DNA of 20,766 nt from Thelocarpon superellum (lineage: Eukaryota), in NCBI GenBank assembly GCA_026025795.1, contig JAPEUG010000029.1:62001-82766 (forward strand), written 5' to 3'. The notes below the pieces were generated by a model, which did not search any database, was not told the origin of the DNA, and saw nothing but the letters and a program-made list of their open reading frames with translations. The number at the start of each line of letters is the position of its first letter. Position 1 is the first letter of the stretch. This document shows positions 9,588 through 20,766 of the stretch, piece after piece. A program made the translations under genes and the position numbers.

Positions 9588-10719
9588 TCGACGGCATGCC
9601 CTTCTCTAGCCAGATTATTCCTCAGTCGCCTGAAGCCAATTAGCGCCGTCTTTGCTCGATTATCAGAGAGCGGGGAGAGGTATAGAGTATAGGTCAGATC
9701 AAGTGTAATGTAAAGAAGTCGGCTTCTGGCTTCTCGAAAGCGGAAACCATCCGTATTGCAGAACTCGTGGAGTTATTCATCACCAGAGCAGGGAAATGTG
9801 AAGATGTGACGATCGTGTGACTCACCAACATCAACTGATCTTATGATCTGCCCGAGAGTCTCCCCTATTGAGCTGGGGCGGGCGACGTTTTTGACCGCCC
9901 GTCCTGATGGCTTTCGATTGCCATCTGCTAAAGCTTGCACGCGTCCGTCTGACGAAGCTTGTACTGACGAGACGAAAATCCGCCGCTGCTGACTTCTCAT
10001 GTTCAGTCACGTGGTCCAGATACCGCACCACACGGTGTGTTCCTCGATGAACCATGTGGAGGTAGCTGAAGGAAACGGTGTGACTTTTTGAAAGAGGCTA
10101 CGAAGATAGAAGTCGCCGTGGTCGCGATCAGTCGGAGACATCTGCTGCAGATATTTAGAAATCAGCGATTGGTGGCCTACAAATTTTGACGCAGATGAAT
10201 AGGTCTGGTTGGCAATTTCATGAATTGCCGGGTATAGAAGTGGTCATGTATAACATTAGTAGTTGCCTCGGGCTGAAGGTAAGCAGACACCAGTCACACG
10301 GCTGCATTTGGGAATTCTTCTCGTCAGCCAAAAGTTCAAAGGGGATTGACAGACACAGTGGGGGCGCCCCACGATCTAGGGACGGACCAGTCCACCGTAC
10401 CGGAATTTGCCGGTCCACTCGATCAATTGTCGAAATCATCGCCCGGCCACCGGTCGACCATCAGGCCCGGCACCTTTACCCAGCCCGCAGTTCGGGTGCG
10501 AGGATGCCCTGCAGAGTCATCACGTAGCTGATATTCTGCGTCTTCCAGCGTTGTGCCCCGTCTGCTTGACGGTTGACAAGCCAGGTTATAGACAAGCCGC
10601 CGCGCAGTGGGCTTGTGAGGTGCAACATCGCCCGGTGAAGGTCGTGCCCTGTTGGTCGGCCGGCGTGGCCCGGAAAACGGCAAGGGCCCAGTCGGGAGCG
10701 CGTGTGGAGAAGGCCTACC

Positions 10720-13487
10720 ATGCCTCAACCATTGAGCTCCAAAGATGCCTCCCTGTCGCGGCAGGTGATGCGTCTCTACGATCTCAAACAGTACAAGAAA
10801 GGTGGGTCCGCCCATCCGCCCCGGAGAGGATACGTCCTGACCCCCCACTAGGCGTAAAAGTGGCCGACCAGATTCTGCGAAAGAATCCTAATCATGGCGA
10901 GACGCTGGCGATGAAGGCACTCATCATCAACTCGCAAGGTCGATCCGAGGAAGCCTTCGTCATGGCCAAAGAGGCACTGCGGCACGACATGAAGTCGCAG
11001 GTGTGTTGGCACGTGTACGGCCTGCTGTACCGGGCGGCGAAGAACTTCGAAGAAGCCATCAAAGCCTACAAGTTCGCGTTGAAGCTGGAGCCCGACTCGC
11101 CGAACATCCTCCGCGATCTTGCGCTGCTGCAGGTACAAATGCGTGACTATCCTGGCTACATCGTCAGCCGCCGGACCATGCTTCAGTCCAAGTCGGGGCA
11201 GCGACAGTACTGGACCGCCTTGGCCGTCGCCAACCACCTAGCCGGCAATCTCAAGGCAGCGGAGATGGTACTCAACGCTTACGAGGAAACGCTCAAGACC
11301 CCTCCGCCCAAGACGGACCTCGAGCATGCTGAGGCTTCGCTGTACAAGAACACGATCATCGCCGAGATGGGTGAGACGGCGCGGGCACTCGAGCATCTGG
11401 ATGGCATCAGCAAGCACAATCTAGATCGGACAGCCGTCCTGGAGCTGCGAGCAGACTATCTGTTGAAGCTCGGCCGGCTGGAGGAGGCGGAAAAGGCCTT
11501 CCGGGCTCTGATCGACCGCAACGCCGAGAACCGGGCGTACTTTGCGGGGCTCGAACGAGCCCTGGGCACGCCATTGGATGCGCGCACGTCGGCGAGGTCT
11601 ATGTATGAGGAGTACGCGGAGAAGTATCCGCGCGCCGACGCACCGCGGCGCATCCCGCTGGACTTTCTCGATGGTACGGTCCTCACTCATGGCCGGACGC
11701 TCCCATGGCTGACCTCCTCTAGGTGACGAGTTTCGGGAAGCGGCGGACAAGTACCTGAGGCGCATGCTGCACAAGGGCGTGCCCTCCACCTTTGCCAATC
11801 TCAAGGCCCTCTATGCCGACCCGGTCAAACGCGAGACGATCGTGGCCTTGGTCGAAGGCTATGCGACCGGAGAGGGTACGCCGCACGAGAACGGGACGGC
11901 GGAGAAGCAGGCGAACGGCGACAAGACCAAGTTCGAGGAGTCTGTCTTTTCCTTCCTGGCCCAACACTACAATCACTACCGGAGCCGCGACCTGGACGAG
12001 GCCTTCAACTACATAGAGCAAGCCATCGCGCTCGCTCCGTCCACGGTGGACTACCACATGACCAAGGCCCGGACGTTCAAGCACCAGGGCCAGATGGCCA
12101 AGGCCTCGGAGACGATGGAGCATGCGCGGAGTCTGGACGAGAAGGATCGGTACATCAACAGTAAGGCGGCCAAGTACCAGCTACGCAACAACACCAACGA
12201 CCGAGCGCTGAAGACGATGAGTAAATTTACGCGGAACGAGACGTCGGGCGGACCGCTGGGCGATCTGCACGAGATGCAATGCATGTGGTACCTCACGGAG
12301 GATGGCGACGCATACGCACGGCGAGGCAAGCTTGGGCTGGCACTGAAACGATACACGACGATCTACGACATCTTCGACGTCTGGCAGGAGGACCAATTCG
12401 ACTTTCACACCTTCTCGCTCCGAAAGGGCCAGATTCGCGCGTACATAGACATGGTGCGGTGGGAGGATCGACTGCGCGAACATCCCTTCTACTCGCGCGC
12501 GGCCATCTCGGCCGTGCGCATCTACCTGACGCTCTACGACCAAGCCCACGTGGCCAACGGGACGAAGGGAGGCGAAGACGGCGAGGATTACAAAGACGTG
12601 GAAGAGCGGAAAAAGGCGCTGAAGAAGGCCAAGCGAGAGCAACAGAAACTGGACAAAGCCGAGGCGGCGAAGAAAGACACGAAGAAAGCTCCATCGACCG
12701 TCAACCACGACGGTGAGGTGAAGAAGGAGGACGACGATCCGCGGGGATTGAAGCTCGAACGGACGGAGGATCCCTTGAAGGATGCCATGAAGTTCCTCGC
12801 TCCACTGCTCGAGTTCAGTCCCAAGCACATGGAAGCGCAGAACGTGGGCTTTGAGGTGTTTATCCGACGACGTAAGTTGGTGCCTTGATCCCTTCCCGAT
12901 CCAAGTCTTACCTTCTTCGACAGAGAAATTCCTTCTCGCCCTGCGCTGCCTGCTCCAAGCCTCACAACTCGACACCGAGGACCCGGTCCTTCACGTACAG
13001 ATTGCCCGGTTCAAACACGCGTGTAAGATCAATCGTCACAGATGAGCCCAGGAGGTGAATGATGAGTGAGGGCTGACTGACGCAACTCTCAGTCGACACG
13101 GCCACTTCCAATCTCCCGGAGAAAGCGAGCACCGTCATCAACACGACCTTCTCCACGCTTCTCCCACAATCCACCACCCTGACGGACTTCAACGACGCCT
13201 TTCTCGCGCGTCACTCCACCAGCCCCTTACACATCCAGTCGGCACTGCAAGTGCGCCAGCAGATCGAGCCCAGCACGCTCAGCGCGAACGAGACGGCCCT
13301 CCGCAAAAGCCTCGAACCCGACAGCGACACCGGGCGCGCCGTGACGTTGGAGATCGCCAGGAAGGGCCTCACCATTCTCAAAGCGTGGAAAGCCGGCCCG
13401 GATTCCCTGAAGGCTTATCGCACCGCCGCCCGCGTCCTCTTCCCTCACGCGACCGCCTTTGCAGACGAAGGCGCGGTGACAGCCTAA
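10720..13487 (+). CDS. NAT1: N-terminal acetyltransferase A (NatA) auxiliary subunit, TPR protein (Nat1/NAA15), ~848 aa; exons 10720-10801, 10852-11673, 11723-12871, 12924-13022, 13093-13487
   Basis: MPQPLSSKDASL..KQYKKG; PNHGETLAMKAL; CWHVYGLLYR; DRYINSKAAKYQLR; DLHEMQCMWY; EDQFDFHTFSLRKG. Four GT-AG introns (10802-10851, 11674-11722, 12872-12923, 13023-13092) join in frame, total 2547 nt. Confidence 0.96.
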
Positions 13488-13555
13488 GCAGCCACGACCG
13501 CACCGCCTTGTCTCCTCTCTTCACTTCTCTCCCCTCATCTTCACCTCGGTTCACA

Positions 13556-13930
13556 ATGTCGACGCAGTACAATCCCTCCGCCGGCGCGAACGCATCACGG
13601 CATTTCGCAGAAGCAGCATCACGGTATTTCGCAGAAGCATTTCCTCCACCGTCCCCGATGCAGGAGCAAGAGCGCAAGCACAATGAACGAAATACGATCC
13701 GAGCCCGCAAAGCGCGCGAAAAGCGAGCCGCGATTCGAGAGGCAAAACGACTAGCGAAGATGCGCGAGCAAGTGGAGAAGATCGAGGCAAAGAAGCGGGC
13801 GAAGGAGGAGGCCAAGCGCCTCAAGGTGGAGATGCGCAAGACCGAGACGGCGCAGCAGAAGGAGCAGCGTCGCGAGCAGCGCGTTCGAGCCGCTACGGTG
13901 GCTAGAGTACACCGGGAGAGATGTAGATAG
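13556..13930 (+). CDS. Hypothetical 124-aa E/K/R/A-rich helical protein (orphan)
   Basis: Strong fungal start context CACA-ATG-TC preceded by a CT-rich leader. Intronless ORF with a strongly biased charged-helix composition and an in-frame 24-bp duplication. No family recognised. Confidence 0.5.
   Translation: MSTQYNPSAGANASRHFAEAASRYFAEAFPPPSPMQEQERKHNERNTIRARKAREKRAAIREAKRLAKMREQVEKIEAKKRAKEEAKRLKVEMRKTETAQQKEQRREQRVRAATVARVHRERCR
13592..13639 (+). repeat. 24-bp tandem duplication (one mismatch) encoding ASRHFAEA-ASRYFAEA
   Basis: gcatcacggcatttcgcagaagca-gcatcacggtatttcgcagaagca, read directly. Confidence 0.92.
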
Positions 13931-13993
13931 AGCGACTCTGTGCTGCACAATGCTGAGCCACGAGCCAGCAGGCAAGCGATCTCCGACATTAAA

Positions 13994-14027
13994 AATCCAA
14001 TCCAATCCAATCCAATCCAATCCAATC
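13994..14027. repeat. Pentanucleotide microsatellite (AATCC)6 plus a partial unit
   Basis: aatcc x6 followed by aatc, read directly. Confidence 0.95.
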
Positions 14028-14191
14028 GACTGAATAATGCTGATATGTGGGCCATACCGCCCCCGTGCTGAGGCTTGCGTGCGTGGGGAATGGAGACTTT
14101 CTACTCGTCTATCTATCCATCCATCTGCCTCCCTATGCAACAAATCACATGACATTGGCCTCCCTGGATCTACTCGATCCATCCTCCCGGG

Positions 14192-15625
14192 TCACGATTC
14201 ATCCCCCGTCTCTCCCTCTCGGCCCTCGTCCAAGGCGGCCTCCTTCCCCTCATCGATGCGCTTCGCTCGGTGTTGGTCCTCGTCACTCAGCTGGAAACGC
14301 AGCATGCGCTCCACGATGCGCGGGTCCAGCACCACGTCGTCGAGCCATACCCGCTCGCTCTCGTCGCCGTCGGCGCGCTTCTTGGCGCTCTTGGTCCAGT
14401 CGCGTTCTTCGTGCACGAGCGCTGTCTTCACTTCGTTGTTTGTCGAGGCGATAGGTGGCGATGAAGAGGAGGATGAAGACGAAGGTGAAAAGGACGGGGA
14501 GGAGTCGCTCGAGGACTGGTCTGAGAAAGGAGAGGAAGCGTCGGATGAGAGGAAAGCATTGTACGGTCGCGTCTGCGCGGCCAGGACGGCGGCGGCCGTT
14601 TCGCGTCCGACTTCCTCGGCGACGTGGCGTCGGTTGAGGAATCGGTAGATCCGGATCGGTGTGTTGAGGAAGCCGAGAAGATGCGGGAGGGGGATCGGCG
14701 TGGAGGGGTCGAAGACCGGAGGGAGACTGGGCGGTGACGGGGTCGACGAGTATGCTGCTACGGTGATGAAGGGAGCCGCGGGAGCGGGCTTCGTTGGTTT
14801 ACTGGGTTCTGTCGACGCTGGCTTTTCTACCGCTTTTTCGTCGGCGGAGGTTGTTTCGTCTGATAAGTCGGAGGAATTGGTAGCGGAAGCGGTCTCCTCT
14901 GACGTGGGTGGAGGGCTCTCAGGCGGGGGCTGGAGGGGACCCAACCAGCCCTCATGCAGGCCGCGAACATATTCCTTCCACGTATGTCGCCCGATGATAA
15001 CGTCTCCCTGCACGCCGTCCCACTCGCGCACCGAAAGATTGGACCGAATTCCGCCGACGAGATCCTCGACATCGGGCTCCGTCTCAGTGTCGGTGCTCAC
15101 CCCGGCACTCTCGCCGTTCTTCCTTCGCCATTTGCGAATCTTCTCCGCGAGCCCCGCTCGCACCTCGCCTTCTCTTCGACCCTCCACCACCTCCCACTCC
15201 AGCGCGCCGGCCACTAAGATGGGCTTCACGTACTCGTTGAAGTGGTCGCGCGGCGCTTTCAGGCCGTCGCCCGGAGGCGCCGAGAGGAAGACGGTGACTT
15301 TTCGCGGCATCAGTCGCACGTCGAGCGGTTCGCGCGAGAGATGCGACACGAGCGTGCACCACTTTCGCTGCGCCCGTTTCTTCTGGTATCGATCGTATAG
15401 CAGGAAGGAGGCAAAGGTGCCGGACACAGACAAGAAGATGAGCCAGTTGCGCGAGGGGAGCTTGAACCGGAAGCTTGGGATGCCTAGCGGACGTCAGTAA
15501 GAGTAGAGATTGACTATGCACCTTCTCATACCTAGCATTCGGAGAGCAGGATTTCTTTTGGCGGGTTTGGGGGTGGCCAGGGGAGCAGAGGCCGCCTCGG
15601 TGGGCGAACCCTTTGTCTCCGCCAT
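14192..15625 (-). CDS. TIM54: Mitochondrial inner-membrane TIM22-complex subunit Tim54, ~461 aa; exons 15625-15532, 15483-14192
   Basis: NPALRMLG|IPSFRFKLPSRNWLIF after removing intron 15531-15484; APPGDGL, YVKPILVAGALEWEVVEGRREG, IGRHTWKEYVRGLHEGWLGP and LLGFLNTPIRIYRFL are Tim54 signatures. Confidence 0.95.
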
Positions 15626-16524
15626 GATCAGAGACGGGGTAAGATTATGGTGCAGAGGTCATGAAGTCATTGACAGGATTGCAAATGCCTGTCAAGGTAT
15701 TGCGAATGCCAAAAATCCATCGCGGTGTCTGCTCCCCAGTTCCTGTACATCCTGCATCTCCGGCCGTGCACATCAACGCCAGAAAACGAGAAGCTCGAAG
15801 CTCGAATGAAAAGGCTGTTCGGCTGACTAAGACGGATGACCCTCTATTCCACGCGGTCGTTAACGGTGCAGCCCCTCCTCGTACTGGGATGGCCATCGCG
15901 GGAAAGGCGTGCAATTTTATACCTTACATCAACTTCGGGCCCGCTGGACAAGTCTTTAGTTTCTCTGAGGCCTCGATAATACTGTCGATTTCATGACTAC
16001 GTGGGTGGCACCTCGTACTCACGTGCTTTGGTCGTCTCAGAAACACTGGCTGTCAACAAGCGTGAGGCTCTAGATCGAGTACTCGTATGATCTCCATCCT
16101 CAACACCATCCCCCACCCCTCCAAAAATCTCTCCAATTGGTTCGGTGAGGAGCTTACCAATGCTGATTTACCCACTCTCCCACCAGCTCCCTTCCTCATC
16201 CTTGTACATCTTTGCCAGGCAGCGTTGGATCCTGTGAATCCGTCGCGGTTGACGGTGACGCGTGGTGCGTGAAAGATGCAGTGACGGCGATCGCCGGCGC
16301 TAGGGGGGATCTCGGTTCGCGACGTGGGCAGCACGGCGTCTGGCACCTGAGACTGGGGGTATCAGGAGTGACTTCACCTCCCCCGTCCTGGCTCTTACTC
16401 TTCCCCTCACCTTCCACTTCTCTTCTTCCCCAACCCTCCCAATCCTCCACGCTCTTGACGGTCCCCCTCTTTCCAGGCTGTCAGGGCCTGCGTGCTCGTG
16501 ACCTCGTGACCGATCTCCATTCAG

Positions 16525-16585
16525 GTAGGTTCCTTGCGTCTTATCGTGGTGGTTCGTGATCCCTGATCCGCCCTGGCTCTGGCAG
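16525..16585 (+). other. Putative intron in the 5' UTR of COT1
   Basis: CAG|GTAGGT donor, CCTGAT branch-like site, GGCAG acceptor. At 61 nt it matches the intron size class in this window and ends 58 nt before ATG 16644. Confidence 0.45.
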
Positions 16586-16643
16586 ATCGTGCTTTCCGTT
16601 GAGATCTCTTCGTGTCACCGCCTGCAGCGGGTCCGTCAGCATC

Positions 16644-18767
<2,124 letters not shown>

Positions 18768-19556
18768 GCCTCCTCGGGCACCGCGACCGAGACGGGACGA
18801 CTGGTACGACTGGACCGCCTCCGCGATCACCTCCCGGACCGGGCTCATTTCCGTGCTCCCGCCGTCGTCTCTACCTGACCGTGGTTTGACGTGTCTCCCC
18901 TTTCTGTTTCGTCTGTCTTTGGCTTCCGTTGCATCTGCACGAGGCCCAAAAACTGCGAATGAACTCTTTGACTCTTGACTCTTGATGCCCGTCCCCACCG
19001 TGGTTGCATCTCTCCTGGCGCTTTTTACCCTCACTCTCCCCATCTCGAGTTGTGGATACACCGGTGGCGCTCAGGCGAAGGACGTGCTGACGTCGATCCC
19101 GCCTCGGGCAGACCCGAGACGGGACGGCGGGCAGGTGGAGGACAAGGCCATGCTCTCGCGAGGCTTAAATAACATGGCAAGCCTCCCTCGACCGTCGAAA
19201 CCCTTCATCTTCTCATCTACGGGCATCATGGGGGTCAGCTGATGGGCATATGGTCTCCCTTTCTTTTCTTGACTCTCACCTGCGCTTGCCTACAAATCCT
19301 CGGGATGTCTGTATCTAGATGGACTAGGACTCGTACGTCGCCATACGGGTGGCGTCGACGCACGAATGATCAGACTGATGATCCCACGGTGTGAAATTGG
19401 ACGTGGTGAGTGGCACGGTGACGAGCGTAGCGCGGACGTGGTCGACGCCGAAAGGGACCGCAGCCGCAACTTCACCCGAAATGGTGCAATATGGGAATCA
19501 TGTCTATGAATAGCCCACACCCATCGCACCCATACCCTCGGCACCCCTCGCCGGCA

Positions 19557-20340
19557 TCACCGGCGAATGCCCGCCGGCGCCAGGCCCGGCACGCCACTGT
19601 AGCGCTCCTCGCGCTCGGTCTTGAACATGACCTGAATCCACAGCTCCTTGGAATCCTCGTCGAACCAATTCCAGAAGCGGCCTTCGGAGCGATCGACCTC
19701 ACGCGCCTGCAGCTTGAACCCACACGTCTCGTACGGCTCGGCCGCGACGAGCAGATACTGAAAGTTCTTATCCGGCGGATCATCCACCTTCTGCTCGAAG
19801 GCCGACATGAAGCGCACCCGCGGCGTCACGCCCGCGCTGATCTCGGGATACTGCAGCTGGAACAGCAGGCCCAGCTGCCGCGTCAGCGGGTCCCGCGTCT
19901 TCGTGATCTTGTATCCCGGCCGCCCGATCTTCACCACGTTGCGCCGCACCGCCACTTGCTGTCCCACCATCCCCACCGGCAGCCCCGTGACCGCGTCGAC
20001 GCCCTTGCCTTCGCGCTGCTCGCGCGCCGCCCGCCGCGCCAGGTTTGTTTGGTGCTTCCGCCCCTGCGTGTGTGCCAGGTACGATCCATCGTTCTGGTGC
20101 ACCGTCAGGCACAGCCGGCACTCGAAAGACCCGACGTGGTTCTTGAAGAAGAAGGGGTCCTTGTCCAGGTCGATGCTCTCCAGCGCTAGCTTCCGTAGTC
20201 GCTCTCGTCGGTCCGCGTTCGTGCTGCTGTAGGAGGCCACGCCGCCGCCGCCGAACTTGGACCCGGCTCGATTCTGGAGAGAGGCGTTAGTGATGGGAGT
20301 GGTGGCTGCGCTGTGTAGCACTGCTTACTTGTTGATCCAT
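19557..20340 (-). CDS. SF3A2: Splicing factor 3A subunit 2 (SF3a66/SAP62/Prp11), 242 aa; exons 20340-20329, 20273-19557
   Basis: MDQQ|NRAGSKFGGGG after removing intron 20328-20274 (GTAAGC..ACTAAC..CAG); DRRERLRKLALE; matrin-type zinc finger ECRLCLTVH..SYLAHTQGRKH; KIGRPGYK; RFMSAFEQ; AAEPYET. Confidence 0.97.
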
Positions 20341-20493
20341 GACGGATCTCGATCAGAGCTTCTCCCCCGAATGGGATCTGTCTGGTTGTTCTGGTGCCTA
20401 TGGCGATGAAGCGATCAAGTCTGGAATTGACGCGGAGTGATGAATGTTGACTAACGCAGGTAACGCAAGACTTGGCCAACCAGCTCGCTTAAA

Positions 20494-20531
20494 CTTGTTC
20501 CCGACCGATGTTCTTGTTCCTGACCGATGTT
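20494..20531. repeat. 19-bp tandem duplication (one mismatch)
   Basis: cttgttcccgaccgatgtt-cttgttcctgaccgatgtt, read directly. Confidence 0.9.
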
Positions 20532-20658
20532 GTCTTGTTAGCTTGGAGGCCTCCAGGTAGACCAGGGGGGGCCCGGTTAGGCGGGGTTCATCATGTTGGG
20601 AGCCCTCCAACTACCGTAGCTGAGATGAGCGGAGCTCAGCACCACCAAGTGTGCAGCC

Positions 20659-20766
20659 ATGGTGCAGAATGCGTACGTGGGCCAGCGACTTTCATTTGAG
20701 TCTGCGCTATGCACCGTGCGATACATCGGTCCCATCCAAGGCCCCAAGGGCGACTGGCTGGGGGTG
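20659..20766 (+). CDS. TBCE: Tubulin-specific chaperone E (cofactor E; Pac2/Alp21), N-terminal CAP-Gly domain, truncated by the window edge
   Basis: Manual translation (absent from the ORF track): MVQNAYVGQRLSFESALCTVRYIGPIQGPKGDWLGV. This matches the CAP-Gly start GQRLS..LCTVRYIG....WLGV typical of fungal cofactor E. Only 36 codons are visible. Confidence 0.8.
   Translation, partial: MVQNAYVGQRLSFESALCTVRYIGPIQGPKGDWLGV

Noticed and set aside
9588..10719. Short minus-strand ORFs (9773-10055, 10218-10439) and the near-palindrome GGCAATTTCATGAATTGCC at 10211-10229
   Set aside because: I could not assemble a coherent spliced gene or recognise a family. The palindrome is short and isolated. 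A degenerate gene cannot be excluded without BLASTx.
10407..10719. N-terminal extension of NAT1 suggested by ORF 10407-11726
   Set aside because: That ORF starts at a non-ATG codon and reads through intron 1. The conserved Nat1 start MPQPLSSK is in another frame at 10720 and joins by splicing.
12181..12975. 264-aa antisense ORF within NAT1
   Set aside because: Shadow ORF expected from GC-rich codon usage on the coding strand; no motifs recognised.
13023..13092. Box C/D snoRNA in NAT1 intron 4 (ATGATGA ... CTGA)
   Set aside because: The boxes are under 10 nt apart in a 70-nt intron, and CTGA is part of the branch-point motif.
14661..15500. 279-aa antisense ORF within TIM54
   Set aside because: Shadow of the TIM54 coding sequence, non-ATG start, no motifs recognised.
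19491..20189. 232-aa plus-strand ORF antisense to SF3A2
   Set aside because: Shadow ORF over a well-conserved gene; no recognisable domain.
20437..20523. Possible box C/D snoRNA (GTGATGA ... CTGA, ~87 nt) in the SF3A2/TBCE spacer
   Set aside because: Only a 3-bp terminal stem and no rRNA/snRNA complementarity that I could recognise; the D box falls inside a tandem duplication. A snoscan or Infernal/Rfam search would settle it.

Overview
GC-rich, gene-dense genomic DNA from a filamentous ascomycete (Pezizomycotina-like), with short GT-AG introns (mostly ~50-75 nt) and CTRAC/CTAAC-type branch points. Manual splicing gives, in order: the 3' part of S-adenosylhomocysteine hydrolase SAH1 (+); a two-exon small secreted 8-Cys orphan protein (-); a Zn2Cys6 transcription factor (-) transcribed divergently from a DHA2-type MFS efflux transporter (+); a pyridoxal-reductase-like aldo-keto reductase (+); NatA auxiliary subunit NAT1 (+); an orphan 124-aa charged helical ORF only 68 nt after the NAT1 stop (+); TIM54 (-); the NDR kinase COT1/CBK1 (+); splicing factor SF3A2/Prp11 (-); and the first 36 codons of tubulin-folding cofactor E (+). 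No rRNA, tRNA, CRISPR array or transposase was recognised. The best leads are: (i) an accessory-looking TF-MFS-reductase trio with no biosynthetic backbone gene, whose divergent promoter carries CGG-containing tandem repeats and a 16-bp hairpin; (ii) the orphan ORF abutting NAT1, possibly dicistronic and with a bZIP-like basic motif; (iii) the effector-like cysteine-rich protein. All calls come from reading the sequence by eye; no database searches were run, and I cannot claim a confirmed novel system.
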